From IMG/VR virus record IMGVR_UViG_2693429820_000003: a stretch of 64,000 nucleotides of DNA; one strand, 5' to 3'. Made by a program: the position numbers and the translations under genes. The stretch comes from a virus. Taxonomy: Duplodnaviria > Caudoviricetes. Positions 37,579 to 47,847 of this stretch are shown here, piece after piece. Within the stretch, counting starts at the first letter, position 1. Every line of letters starts with the position of its first letter. The notes under the pieces were generated by a model that worked only from the letters and a program-made list of their open reading frames with translations, made no database searches and was not told where the DNA came from.

Positions 37579-38095
37579 TACTTCGGCCCGCTTCCGCGAA
37601 TGGCTGACTTCCGAAACCGGTCTCAAGTTTGAGGGGACGTTGATGCCCCTCGACGACGGGGCAGCCAATACCACAACCTTTCTGGAACCCCGGTTCGTCC
37701 TCCATACCAAGCCCAAGGAGCGAGTCTCGGTCGGGCAGACCTTCACCGACGCTCAAAAGCGGACCTTCCTCCTGGCTCAACATGACCAGCGGGCCGATCT
37801 CCGGCGCAGCTTCCGTTTATTCCAGATGACCGCAAAGGTAGCCTGGGGCCGCATGTCGGAAGTCACGGACCTCATCACAGGCTTAAAGAAGGGGGAGAAG
37901 GTTGATCCGCTTGGCAATATCTGGGTCAGCTTCGAACTCTATGGTCGAGAAGAGGTCGATCGTGTCCTCCACATTGGCATCGACCGGGTCCGGGTGGTTA
38001 CCGGTGCGCCCGTCCAGCTGAACGACTACGTCGATGGCAAGCGTGTGTCCCGTCTAACCAAGGTCTTCGGGGTGTCCGTCCTGGAGATCACCTGA
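37571..38095 (+). CDS. Putative head closure protein
   Basis: Synteny; coupled ORF. Confidence 0.5.
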   Translation: MRSTSARFREWLTSETGLKFEGTLMPLDDGAANTTTFLEPRFVLHTKPKERVSVGQTFTDAQKRTFLLAQHDQRADLRRSFRLFQMTAKVAWGRMSEVTDLITGLKKGEKVDPLGNIWVSFELYGREEVDRVLHIGIDRVRVVTGAPVQLNDYVDGKRVSRLTKVFGVSVLEIT

Positions 38096-38988
38096 TGGCT
38101 GTCAACATCAGGTTCAGTCTCCGTGTTGGCCGTCGAGGAGCGGGCAACACGAACCCTGCTGACAACGCGGCCATCAAGGCCATGCAACAGAGATTGTCCA
38201 GCTACCAGATCTCAGCCGACAAGCCCTCTGAGAACAAGAAGGTGCAGCAGGAACTGCAGAACTGGATGATGACGATCGCTGGGGGGATAGCAAGCCAGAA
38301 GGTGCGCAGTGCCATCATGGCCTCCAGGGATCAGATCGTTGCCGATCTGAACAACGACTTGGAGGAATACACCAGGAAGGCAATCCAGTTCTTCACCAGT
38401 CGCCAGTCCTCCCACGTCGCCAACCGAAATATGGCCGCTCGTGATCTGCATCTGAGCCTCGATGATGTCGCCCCCTCTGGCTTCACCTCCTCGCTCCTGG
38501 ACAAACGCCGCAGCGTGGTGTCCTGGAAGCCGCTACAACCCAAGACGATCAAGAAGAAGAGTGGAGACACGACATTCTATGTCTTCTCCGGGGATCTGAA
38601 GAAGACCCTGAACTCCCGCCTACCGGGTATGTTCAAGGACATCCTCCATCCAGGCATCAAGCTATCGTTCGACAAGAACAATGTCCTGAACGTTTCACCG
38701 ACTTTGGCCACCACTGGCAAGGTCAGCGGACGGGCTGCCTTCATCCAGGGCCAGGTTTTCGATGGCAAGGACATCAACAATGTCCTGATCCGAAACTACC
38801 TCAAGAACCGTGTCGAGGAGCTAGGGGCAGACGTCGCCTACAAGCTTGGTGTCGGCAAAGGACAGAAGGAGGAGCCCAAGCGCCCTTGGGTCGACGCCAC
38901 CGTCTCCTATTGGGCTTTGCGACGCTACCCCCATGTAATGGTCACCAGCGTCCGCAAACGAGTCAGCGAGGCCCTCAAAAATGTATAA
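38095..38988 (+). CDS. Putative neck / tail completion protein
   Basis: Basic protein with WKPL...TIKKK..SGDL; synteny. Confidence 0.5.
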   Translation: MAVNIRFSLRVGRRGAGNTNPADNAAIKAMQQRLSSYQISADKPSENKKVQQELQNWMMTIAGGIASQKVRSAIMASRDQIVADLNNDLEEYTRKAIQFFTSRQSSHVANRNMAARDLHLSLDDVAPSGFTSSLLDKRRSVVSWKPLQPKTIKKKSGDTTFYVFSGDLKKTLNSRLPGMFKDILHPGIKLSFDKNNVLNVSPTLATTGKVSGRAAFIQGQVFDGKDINNVLIRNYLKNRVEELGADVAYKLGVGKGQKEEPKRPWVDATVSYWALRRYPHVMVTSVRKRVSEALKNV

Positions 38989-39415
38989 GACCTGTCGCCT
39001 CTCCCTGATCCGTGCGGTCATGGACGCAGTATCTGGTCTCCAGAACCCAACCGGGAACCCACTCGAGTACATCGATTGGGACGGACACACCGATTTTCAG
39101 AAACTACCCGCTTCGGACCTGATTGGCATCAGCGGCTTCGGCATGACTGAGAACGGTGGGCTCTACGATATCGTCTTTGGTATCTCGGTCTCGACGATCA
39201 ATGACCCCAACATGTTCCGCACGACGGATTTCGTCGACGTTTTGCTCAAGCGGCTCAAGGGGGGAATGCAATTCGATCTTTTGGACGCCAACGCGGACAA
39301 GATCGGAGTAGCTACTATGGTGGAAGGCACCTCAGCAATGCCGGTAGTTCGGGCCGAGGTCAGGAATGTCTTTACGGTGTCGGGGACAGCGGTGACTGGT
39401 GACCTTCCTGATTGA
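38981..39415 (+). CDS. Putative tail terminator
   Basis: 144 aa, just before major tail gene. Confidence 0.5.
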   Translation: MYKTCRLSLIRAVMDAVSGLQNPTGNPLEYIDWDGHTDFQKLPASDLIGISGFGMTENGGLYDIVFGISVSTINDPNMFRTTDFVDVLLKRLKGGMQFDLLDANADKIGVATMVEGTSAMPVVRAEVRNVFTVSGTAVTGDLPD

Positions 39416-39599
39416 TAAACTCGGCCAGCTTCACCAGCCGTCGCATATCCTCATCCCCAGCCGTCAGACCCAACTCGATCAAGAAGAGTGCTTCAGCTGA
39501 GCTGGTGCGCAGGTTCTGCTGAGCCCGTGCCCGGATAATCTCCCGGAGCTGAACGGGCACCCTGATCGACATAAACACGGTCTCTTCCGTCACCATCAT
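39372..39599 (-). CDS. Arc-family ribbon-helix-helix regulator
   Basis: MSIRVPVQLREIIRARAQQNLRTSSAE. Confidence 0.75.
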   Translation of the reverse strand: MMVTEETVFMSIRVPVQLREIIRARAQQNLRTSSAEALFLIELGLTAGDEDMRRLVKLAEFINQEGHQSPLSPTP

Positions 39600-39605
39600 C
39601 TCCTG

Positions 39606-39621
39606 TAACACGGCATAACAC
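39606..39621. promoter_or_regulatory. Late-region motif TAACACGGCATAACAC copy 2
   Basis: Between divergent Arc-like and major tail genes. Confidence 0.65.
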
Positions 39622-39699
39622 GCCACTCGTTGTAGGTGGGAATCCACGATTCCATTTGCAAGCCAGCGAATTCTTTGCCCTTTCCTTCGGAGTGGCTAC

Positions 39700-40500
39700 A
39701 TGGCTGGTACAGCAAAAACCGAACAGTTTATGTTTTCTGTCGCGACCCTAATGGTGGGTCCGCAGACTGATCTTCTGAAGCTCAACGTCAATGACAACTC
39801 TCTCGGCCTCGTCAAGAACGTGTCCTGCGAGTCCAGCCCGCAGCTGGTCGAGCTGACCCAGGGCATCCAGAACGACGTGGCTTTCTCCGCCGCCAACGAT
39901 ATGCAGATCAAATGCTCGGCCGAAGTCTACGAGTTCACCGCGCGCAACATCGCCTATGGTCTTTCGCTGGACGCCAGCTCCCCGACCTCGTTCGCCACCC
40001 AGCCGGCGCCGCTTCCGCTGCAGGCCCCCGTGGCCGCTGCAGCGACGACCTTCATCCTAACCGGTGATCAGACGACCACTTTCCAGGCGGGAAAATGGGG
40101 CTACCTGCAGGAAGGCACCGACGATTACTTGCATATCTTCAAGGTGCTCTCGTCTGCGTACTCGACGAACACCACGGTCACGATTACCGGCTATGCTGTC
40201 CCCACGGGGATGTCGTTTTCGACGGCCAATGGCCGCGCGGGCATCTTCAACAAGATCGACGCAAACCCTGATGCTGCCAACGCCCCGCTTGCGTGCCGCA
40301 TCACCGGTACCATGATCGCCAACAAGCGCCCCGTTCAGATCATCTTCCCCAAGATCAAGATCACGAAGGGCTTCTCGATGAAGTTCGCGAACGACAACTT
40401 CCACAACTTGCCGTTCGAATTCACGCCTTATGTCCCGCTCCCGACCGATCCGGGCTACAACGCGGACTTTGTCAAGCGTATGTCGGTCCTCTGGCCGTAA
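39700..40500 (+). CDS. Major tail (tube) protein
   Basis: 266-aa beta-rich protein, GGAG RBS, terminator downstream, upstream of chaperone and TMP. Confidence 0.78.
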   Translation: MAGTAKTEQFMFSVATLMVGPQTDLLKLNVNDNSLGLVKNVSCESSPQLVELTQGIQNDVAFSAANDMQIKCSAEVYEFTARNIAYGLSLDASSPTSFATQPAPLPLQAPVAAAATTFILTGDQTTTFQAGKWGYLQEGTDDYLHIFKVLSSAYSTNTTVTITGYAVPTGMSFSTANGRAGIFNKIDANPDAANAPLACRITGTMIANKRPVQIIFPKIKITKGFSMKFANDNFHNLPFEFTPYVPLPTDPGYNADFVKRMSVLWP

Positions 40501-40511
40501 TACGCTCTACG

Positions 40512-40550
40512 CGCCCCGGCAGCCACCTCCCTGCCGGGGCGTTTTTTATT
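40512..40550 (+). terminator. Intrinsic terminator
   Basis: CGCCCCGGCAG...CTGCCGGGGCG-TTTTTT. Confidence 0.85.
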
Positions 40551-40572
40551 GTCTATATTCTGTCCTTCAGAC

Positions 40573-41052
40573 TCAAAAGAAAAGTACGATATCCCCGGGC
40601 CAGAGCCGCTTCGGTACACATGACCATTTTTGATCCCGGATCAAAGGAAGCACATCATACGCCGTAAGGTAGTCATTGAAGGCAGTAGGGGTCGCCGTCA
40701 CATTGTAGACAAAGGCCTTTGTCTTCTTGTACGGAATTACCACGTTTAAAGGTAACGAGTTAGCTATACACTCTTCAGCCGTCTGCCCTGTGTGTTTTAG
40801 ATCGTGAAACGTGTCAGCTTTAACAGCCTTTGTAGAGACGTTCGGTAGTCGGTCAACAACGGCTCTGGGTAGTTCGACGTACTGGTCATACTTCGTTTCA
40901 GGACTCAAACAGCGAAAGCACCTTTGCTGATGCAGCTCCCCAGTATCTGGCGCAATGTGATAGCAGGCTAGAACAACGATACCCTCCTGACGCTCCCGAA
41001 TAACTCGGTAAGGTGCGGTTTTCGGGTTCTGATTACGGTACCGTCGATACAA
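40573..41052 (-). CDS. Moron-like hypothetical protein
   Basis: Antisense to tail operon, AT-richer, GGAGG upstream. Confidence 0.55.
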   Translation of the reverse strand: MYRRYRNQNPKTAPYRVIRERQEGIVVLACYHIAPDTGELHQQRCFRCLSPETKYDQYVELPRAVVDRLPNVSTKAVKADTFHDLKHTGQTAEECIANSLPLNVVIPYKKTKAFVYNVTATPTAFNDYLTAYDVLPLIRDQKWSCVPKRLWPGDIVLFF

Positions 41053-41086
41053 TCCGCCCCTCCTAAGGGATTGGCCCCAAGCAGCG

Positions 41087-41584
41087 TCATTCGGCGTGCG
41101 CGGTCACGCTCCAAGTCCTATCCTTCTTACTCTGGCTAACATACACGGTAACGCCAGCGGATGCGGCCGACCCGTTCGCATAGCCAAGAGCAAAAAAGCG
41201 ATCCAAGGCCCTCTGAACAATGCCCGTATCCGCTCGACTAGAAAGCGCACGCACCATCACTCGGCCAACGTCCACCACAACCCCGCGCTGATACGGGCTC
41301 AATAACGCCCGTTCAGAGATACCGGTGATCATTGTGGACGTAACATCCACTTGCTGATGATTGACAATGGCTGTCAGAGTTACCTTACCGGTGTTGAATC
41401 TGCAGAAAGCTGCGTGGTCGGACTTACAGGTTGTTGGCACGAAGCGGGCGGGCGAACCAATGCTCAAAGCAGCCCTGTTTAGGTCACCACCGAAGTCTCG
41501 AGGCACAGGTGGTCCAGCTTGAGCTACGGTCGTGCTCAGCACCACCCCCAGACCCAAAGTCCAGGCTACAATTCCTTTTCTCAC
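41087..41584 (-). CDS. Moron-like secreted/periplasmic protein
   Basis: Signal peptide ending AQA; Cys pair. Confidence 0.65.
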   Translation of the reverse strand: MRKGIVAWTLGLGVVLSTTVAQAGPPVPRDFGGDLNRAALSIGSPARFVPTTCKSDHAAFCRFNTGKVTLTAIVNHQQVDVTSTMITGISERALLSPYQRGVVVDVGRVMVRALSSRADTGIVQRALDRFFALGYANGSAASAGVTVYVSQSKKDRTWSVTAHAE

Positions 41585-41735
41585 TTATTACCCCCACTCG
41601 TTCAGCCCAATCCGAGGATATAGGACCGAGATTCACCGGGTCAATCCACCTCGACGCTGAACTTTCTCCCTCACCTATATGTTGGTACCTCTCACTATCC
41701 CCAAATCCTCCGAGAAGTCATACCCGGAGGTATTT

Positions 41736-42134
41736 GTGGCTGAACCCAGAATTCATCTGAAGAAAGAGGGGGACGGAGAGGTCGAAGTCTTTATGAGCTT
41801 CGGTCTCCAGGACCAGTGCGCGCAGCTGATTGGTAGCGCCGAAAATATCGCCCGCGTCACCGAAATCCAGGGGCTCGTCATGGCTCTGGTGACCTGCGCG
41901 CTGGTACCTCGCACGACATTCGGACGCCCCACCGTTGACGTCGAAAGTTTCGACCCCCCTGGCATTTCTCCTGAAGAGATCGAGCGGCTTCTCGACTGGG
42001 TGTTGGAGCACACCCTCGATTTTTTCGTACGACAGCTCAACTCCAGATCGAAGCTGGCGTTGAGCAAAAAAGAGACTTTGAAGGAAATCAACTCCTCATT
42101 GATTTCTATCGCGGACGAAGTTTCGAAGACCTGA
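41736..42134 (+). CDS. Tail assembly chaperone (gpG-like)
   Basis: GGAGG-GTG; contains slippery T TTT TTC at 42020-42026. Confidence 0.75.
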   Translation: MAEPRIHLKKEGDGEVEVFMSFGLQDQCAQLIGSAENIARVTEIQGLVMALVTCALVPRTTFGRPTVDVESFDPPGISPEEIERLLDWVLEHTLDFFVRQLNSRSKLALSKKETLKEINSSLISIADEVSKT

Positions 42135-42391
42135 TCGTGCTGACCTTGAAGGTTCAGCCTTCAAGTCTCGCCACAGTCTATTGGTCCCACACATTGAAAG
42201 ACCTGCAACGACTGACCGATCTGCACATCCAGACCGAGTTAGCGAGGGTGTTCTCGGTAACAGAGAGCCTTCAAATCGTTGCAGGTCAAATATTCGGAAC
42301 GAAGGACGGAGGTAGAAGCAGCACTTCTGGTGGCGGAAACGTCAATATCGTCACTGGGCCCGAGAACTTTGACGCGTCGAGGTATGCATAG
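42020..42391 (+). CDS. Tail chaperone -1 frameshift extension (gpT-like)
   Basis: -1 frame open from 41975 to the stop at 42391. Confidence 0.7.
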   Translation, partial: FFRTTAQLQIEAGVEQKRDFEGNQLLIDFYRGRSFEDLIVLTLKVQPSSLATVYWSHTLKDLQRLTDLHIQTELARVFSVTESLQIVAGQIFGTKDGGRSSTSGGGNVNIVTGPENFDASRYA

Positions 42392-45300
42392 TGGCTGATA
42401 ACGATCTCAACGTTGGTGTTGATCTCGACCTGGGAAACCTCAACCGCGAGACCGGCGATGCCGCTGCCCAGCTGAACAAGATGGTCGCCGCCATTGCGGG
42501 AATGGCGGCAGGCCTCACAGCCTCGACGCAGGAAGCCAAAGGGCTCGCAGAGAATTTCAAGAACCTGGAGATGGTGGTCAAGCGGACGTCCGAGCAGACT
42601 CGGGCGCTCCGAAACCAACTCAACGACCTCAAGTCCACCCAGAAGGCGGAAGGGATTGCGAGGAAGTCCATCCTCGACAGTGCCTCACCTACCGGGGGCA
42701 CGCTTCGCGACGCAGGTCTTGTCAATTTTAATTTCAAAGCCATTGAGACGGCTCTCAACAGCTCTGGGGAACAGATCGCGGCCCGTCTCAAGGAGACGAT
42801 GCTCAAGATCGGCAAGCGTCTGGAGGATACTACTGACCAGATGCTGAAGGCGCGGCTCAACGAAACTTCGTTCCGCACAGCCCAGAAAATCGCCAAGTTC
42901 ACGAGCCCCGAAGCCATTCAGGCGGCCACCATTGCGTCGGAAGCCCGCCAGATCCAATCCATCAACCGGTACGCTAAGTATGGCTCTGGCGCGGATTATC
43001 TGGCCGCCTCTGAAGCCGAGAAGGCAGCGCGAGCCTCGAACAAGTCCACCTTCGGCCAGCGCCTTGGCGCGCGCTTCGAGACCTTTTCCGACTATGCGGC
43101 CATCGGCACAGGTTTCTATGCCATTAAGCAGGCCGTGCTCGGGGTTGCTGATCTTGACGACGCGATGAAACGCTTTCAGGCGATCACGGAAACGTCGAAC
43201 GCCGAAATGGGCAAATTCCAACAGGGCCTCCTACAGCTCGCCTCGACCAGTAAGTACTCTGTCTCCGAGCTGACGGAAGTCGCTACCACCCTCGGTCAGA
43301 CCGGGCTGTCCGCCTCCGGTGTGGTGAAGGCGCTCCCCGCTGTGACCGCTCTGGCCACCGCCGCCGGTGCGCCGTTGAAGGAGGCCGTAGACGCCGTCGC
43401 CTCGGCTCTCGGCGCTTATAATCTTGATGCCAGCCGAGCAGTCGACATTGCCAACGTGATGACGGCGGCGTTGAACAAAACGAAGCTGACGATGCAGCAG
43501 CTTCAGCTTGGTTTCTCTTACTCAGCCAACGTTGCCAAGGAAGCCGGCGTTTCGTTCACCGAACTCTCTGCCATTCTCGGTGGCCTTGCTCAAGCTGGTA
43601 TCCGGAGCGGTTCTACCCTCGGCACCGGTACTCGTCAGCTGATCCAGGACCTGCTGTCGCCTAGTGAGAAGCTGAAGAACGTCATGGACCAGTTGGGCGT
43701 CACCCTGTCCGACATCGACATCAAGACGCACGGCCTGGTCGGCGTACTCGATAACCTACGTGCAAAGGGCTTCGGCTCGGCCGAAGCGCTCCGCTCCCTC
43801 GACCTTCGCGCCGCCTCGGCCTTTACGGCCCTCGCCGGCCAATCGGAGACCGTCAAACAGCTGCAGCAAAGTCTTTTGCTTACGGATGCGGCCAGCACTG
43901 GTGCAGCCAAGGCGTCGGAGTCGCTATACGCGGCCTTCACCCGACTAGGCAACACCACCATTGCCATCCTATCGCAGGCGTTCGGACCACTAGTCGAACT
44001 TCTGAAGAAGGTGGTTGACGGCCTCTCGGGTATGCTCGGGGTTGTCAATCAGCTGGGCTTCGTTCTCCCTGTCATGGGAACGGCCCTGGCTGGTATCGTT
44101 GCCTCGGGAGCGATTTCTGGGGTTGTCGCGGGCTTCGCCTCAATCTCTGCCCTGCTCTCCCGCCTCCCCACCTTAGCTTTGGGGGCAGTCGCTGCGCTGC
44201 GAGCCGTGCAGGTTGCCATGCTGGCCAACCCTCTCTTCGCAGTAGGCGCGATTGCGTCGACAGCCGCTCTCGCTGCGATTTCGATCTTCAGCTCCAACAT
44301 CAATAACACCCAAGCCAACCTTGACAAGCTTAAGGGGACGCTGAACGAGCTGCAGGAGAAACAGCAGACAATCGAGACAAACATTTCCGGCGCCGGTCGA
44401 ATGATCGATGACCTGTCGGCTCGTCGTGAAAAGCTGAACAACGATCCCCTGCTCCGTCGTACGGCGATCATCGAAGCACAGCAGGCGTTCAAGGAACTTG
44501 GCCTTTCGGTTTCATCCAGTTCGGACAACATTGACGTATTAATCGAAGCCCTACGCAAGCTGCGCGGGGAACTAGCGAAGGAACTCCCTCAAACGTTGCG
44601 CCGTCGTGTTGTGGACCAGAAGAAAGAAATTTCTCTGATGACACAGCAGTCGGATGAATCCGACGCAGAGTACCGCAGCACCAACCGGGCTCGTCGAAAC
44701 CGCTTGTTTGCGTCGGCCGGGATCGGGGACCAAACCCAGAAGGTCTTTGACTTCCTCGACAAGCCGACGAGCCAGATCGACACATCAGACGTACGTGGCC
44801 AAACCGCACCGCTGGTGGGTTTGATCAATGATCTCCGCAAAAGCTTCGAGGGTAGAGGCGATGATAAGACGTCCAGTATTTTAAAGATGCTGGACCAGCT
44901 TTATGCCGACCTCGAAGCGAAGACCAAGCGTCTCCAGAACCTCCAGGGCAAAGGCATCGACCTGCAGAGCACGGAGAGAAGCGCAGAGGTCAAAACTATC
45001 CAAAGCAGCGAACTGTTTCAGCGTCTCTCTGCGAACCGCGAAGATCAGTATAAGGACCTCCGCGCTGGGTACAGCAGCGTTATGGGGAACCAGAGCTACA
45101 CGATCTCCGAGCGGGCAAAGCGTCTTGCCGACTTGTCCAATAACACCCAAGCTCAGTCGCGCGCTTTGATGGACGACGCGGAGGCCCTCGCGGAGGAGTT
45201 CGCACGTCAGGGGTTCTCGCCGGAGGCTATTCGCCAAGCCCTGGAAGGCCTGAGAGATAGCATCATTTCTGTTGGCAAGGGTGTAATCGATCAGACGAAC

Positions 45301-47847
45301 AGTGCTGCTGAAGCCGCGAACAAGATGAAGGAAGCGGAACTTAAGCAAACGAGCAGCCGTCTCAAGGCAGAAATCGCTACCGCTTCGAGTAGGGCTCAGA
45401 AGAGCCGCAGTCAGTCCGAAATCGATTCCCTTCAGGCTTACGTCACGGGGCGTGAAAAGCAACTTGCGGAAGTGGACGAACAGCTCCTCCGCAGAGGCGC
45501 CAAGGATCAGATTAACGGAATTCTCAACTCCGACGAGCAGCTACGACTAGAAGAACTTCGTCGCGAAAATGATGCGAAAGCGGCCAAGACGGCTCAGGAT
45601 TTTGCCGAGTTTCGTCGTCGTACCACGGAACGTGACCTTCAGGATGCGAAGAGACTCGTCACGTCTAGGAAGGATGGGTTGGAAAGTCAGATCTCTGCTA
45701 TCGAACGAGAGCTGAAAGATCCCGCTACTACGCGACAGAAGGCTCAGGAACTTCTTGAGACGCTCAACAAACTGTTCGACCAGCTGAAGGGCGTCCTGCA
45801 CCAGGGGATAGATATTGATGCCGCCATCCAAGCAAATAAGGGGGAGCGGAACAACGTCATCATCGACCCCTCCAAGGTCAGTCCAGGCACCGTGCAGGCA
45901 CAGGTTCTTGATGCTCTGAAGGCAATTGGTGCCTCCGACCGAGCTGGTACGGCGTTTTCGTTTGCACAGCACGAAAGCCAATGGCGTCCGAACGTTAGTA
46001 ATGAACGTGGCTCGGGAGCGACGGGTCTCTTCCAGTTTATGCCCAAGACCTGGATGGGTCTCGGTGGCGGCAACATGTACGACGTCGACCAGCAGGTCAC
46101 GCGGTTCGTTCAGTACATCAAAGTCATTGAAGGTTCGCTTCGGAAGGCGTTCCCGGATCGCGAAATCAGCGACGAGGATCGCTACCTCGGATGGCAGCAG
46201 GGTCCTAAAGGGGCAGTTGACCTCCTCAGTAACCCGAACGCGCTGGCCAAATCCGTGGTTGGCCGCGATGCGGTTTCGATGAATCTACCAGACCGGCTTG
46301 TTGGTCAGACCGACACGATGACGGCGCAGGAGTTCGTCAAGGTTCTCACGGAAGGCTTCCGTGCTTCACAGGCGAAGGCTGCGAACTTTGGCAACTCTAC
46401 CAAGCAGATGGCAGACCAGGAAACGGCGAACCAGAAAGCCGCCCGAACGCGGGAGCTGGAGACACAACAACAGAAAGATATCCAGGACGAGGCCCACCGC
46501 AGATTCAGGGCGCAGGCAATTCTCGACGCGAAGGATTCTCGGGTTAACCGTCTGGACATCCAGAGCAAGGAATCTGCGCTTAAGAACACCATCGACCCAG
46601 CAGAAGCCCGGCGTCTGCTGATCGAAATTGTCACAGGTCTCGCTTCAATGATGAAGCGTGAGCTGGCTCAGCTTGAGAATGACCCAGCCTTTAAGGACCT
46701 TTCGCAGGACGAGAAGGAACACCGTCGTCAGCAAATTCAGGACAAGTATGCCCAGGAGTTGGATCGAAAAGGTCAGGGCTATGCTTCAACGGTGGGGGAT
46801 AAGGAACTCACCAAGGCCAAGCAAGAGATGGATCGCCTTAATCAGCTGAAGGAGTTGTACGAGCGCGACAGCTCAAAGGCGATCCCGGGATTCGGCTCAA
46901 TTAGTGATCTGGAGAAGGCCATTGACCTCACCAAGCGCCAGCTGGAAATTCTAGATCCTATCAAAGAGAAGACCGCTGAGATTGAGGCGATAAACGAGCA
47001 AATCCGCCTTGCGAAGGAGCTTGGTCTTGGAGATGAGCAGACACTCAACGAATTGCTTGCCCGTCGCAACGAACTGGAGAGGGAACGTGGCCGTCTCCAA
47101 AAGAAGGGTGATGTAGACGCTCAGGTCCGTAGTTCAGAGGGTTCCCTCTCAGGAGCCTTCAAAGCTGGTACCGACTCCTATTTTAAATCCTCGGGCATGC
47201 TCAAGGCCAACGGTGACTTCAAAACGTTCACCGAGCAAATGGCGGGGTACTGGGACCAGGCCTTGAAGGGCATGGACAATTCCATGAGCCAACTGTTCAC
47301 GGATCTCGCCTCTGGCACCAAGACGGCAGGGGACGCATTCCGCGCCTTCGGTCAAAACATCCTCCAGACCATGATCAAGATCGTGTCCGATGCGGCTACC
47401 AAACAGCTCCTCAAGATGTTTACCGACATGTTCTCGAGTGGTTCGGGCAGCATCTTTGGATCAATAGGATCTGCCTTCGGCTTCAACCAGGGCGGTATGG
47501 TGCCCGCTATGCGCCGTGCCGCGCTTGGTACCTACAACACCAACCGTGACTCTGTCCCCGTCCTCGCCCGGCCGGGTGAGTATATCCTGCGCAACTCGGC
47601 CGTCGACGCGATCGGTCGTGGCAACCTCGATATGCTCAATACTCTTGGCAACCGGCGTATCAGCCAGGCCCCAATTGCTGCCCCCTCGTTGGGAAAAACG
47701 ACCAAGGACGAAGTCAACGTCTGGGTTGTGGCACAGGATCAGGTTCCGCCTCCGGGTCCGAAGGACATCGTCGCAGCTGTCGTTCAGAACGCTGAAGCGG
47801 GTGGTCAGATCAAGCAACTCATCAAGAAGGTGACAATGGGTGGCTAA
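42391..47847 (+). CDS. Tape measure protein with lytic transglycosylase domain
   Basis: 1818-aa helical protein, TP901-type core, HES..GATGLFQF..TW SLT motif. Confidence 0.92.
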   Translation: MADNDLNVGVDLDLGNLNRETGDAAAQLNKMVAAIAGMAAGLTASTQEAKGLAENFKNLEMVVKRTSEQTRALRNQLNDLKSTQKAEGIARKSILDSASPTGGTLRDAGLVNFNFKAIETALNSSGEQIAARLKETMLKIGKRLEDTTDQMLKARLNETSFRTAQKIAKFTSPEAIQAATIASEARQIQSINRYAKYGSGADYLAASEAEKAARASNKSTFGQRLGARFETFSDYAAIGTGFYAIKQAVLGVADLDDAMKRFQAITETSNAEMGKFQQGLLQLASTSKYSVSELTEVATTLGQTGLSASGVVKALPAVTALATAAGAPLKEAVDAVASALGAYNLDASRAVDIANVMTAALNKTKLTMQQLQLGFSYSANVAKEAGVSFTELSAILGGLAQAGIRSGSTLGTGTRQLIQDLLSPSEKLKNVMDQLGVTLSDIDIKTHGLVGVLDNLRAKGFGSAEALRSLDLRAASAFTALAGQSETVKQLQQSLLLTDAASTGAAKASESLYAAFTRLGNTTIAILSQAFGPLVELLKKVVDGLSGMLGVVNQLGFVLPVMGTALAGIVASGAISGVVAGFASISALLSRLPTLALGAVAALRAVQVAMLANPLFAVGAIASTAALAAISIFSSNINNTQANLDKLKGTLNELQEKQQTIETNISGAGRMIDDLSARREKLNNDPLLRRTAIIEAQQAFKELGLSVSSSSDNIDVLIEALRKLRGELAKELPQTLRRRVVDQKKEISLMTQQSDESDAEYRSTNRARRNRLFASAGIGDQTQKVFDFLDKPTSQIDTSDVRGQTAPLVGLINDLRKSFEGRGDDKTSSILKMLDQLYADLEAKTKRLQNLQGKGIDLQSTERSAEVKTIQSSELFQRLSANREDQYKDLRAGYSSVMGNQSYTISERAKRLADLSNNTQAQSRALMDDAEALAEEFARQGFSPEAIRQALEGLRDSIISVGKGVIDQTNSAAEAANKMKEAELKQTSSRLKAEIATASSRAQKSRSQSEIDSLQAYVTGREKQLAEVDEQLLRRGAKDQINGILNSDEQLRLEELRRENDAKAAKTAQDFAEFRRRTTERDLQDAKRLVTSRKDGLESQISAIERELKDPATTRQKAQELLETLNKLFDQLKGVLHQGIDIDAAIQANKGERNNVIIDPSKVSPGTVQAQVLDALKAIGASDRAGTAFSFAQHESQWRPNVSNERGSGATGLFQFMPKTWMGLGGGNMYDVDQQVTRFVQYIKVIEGSLRKAFPDREISDEDRYLGWQQGPKGAVDLLSNPNALAKSVVGRDAVSMNLPDRLVGQTDTMTAQEFVKVLTEGFRASQAKAANFGNSTKQMADQETANQKAARTRELETQQQKDIQDEAHRRFRAQAILDAKDSRVNRLDIQSKESALKNTIDPAEARRLLIEIVTGLASMMKRELAQLENDPAFKDLSQDEKEHRRQQIQDKYAQELDRKGQGYASTVGDKELTKAKQEMDRLNQLKELYERDSSKAIPGFGSISDLEKAIDLTKRQLEILDPIKEKTAEIEAINEQIRLAKELGLGDEQTLNELLARRNELERERGRLQKKGDVDAQVRSSEGSLSGAFKAGTDSYFKSSGMLKANGDFKTFTEQMAGYWDQALKGMDNSMSQLFTDLASGTKTAGDAFRAFGQNILQTMIKIVSDAATKQLLKMFTDMFSSGSGSIFGSIGSAFGFNQGGMVPAMRRAALGTYNTNRDSVPVLARPGEYILRNSAVDAIGRGNLDMLNTLGNRRISQAPIAAPSLGKTTKDEVNVWVVAQDQVPPPGPKDIVAAVVQNAEAGGQIKQLIKKVTMGG

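Noticed and set aside
42066-42072. AAAAAAG as the chaperone slippery site
   Set aside because: Read as AAA AAA G in frame, not A AAA AAG; T TTT TTC at 42020 is correctly phased
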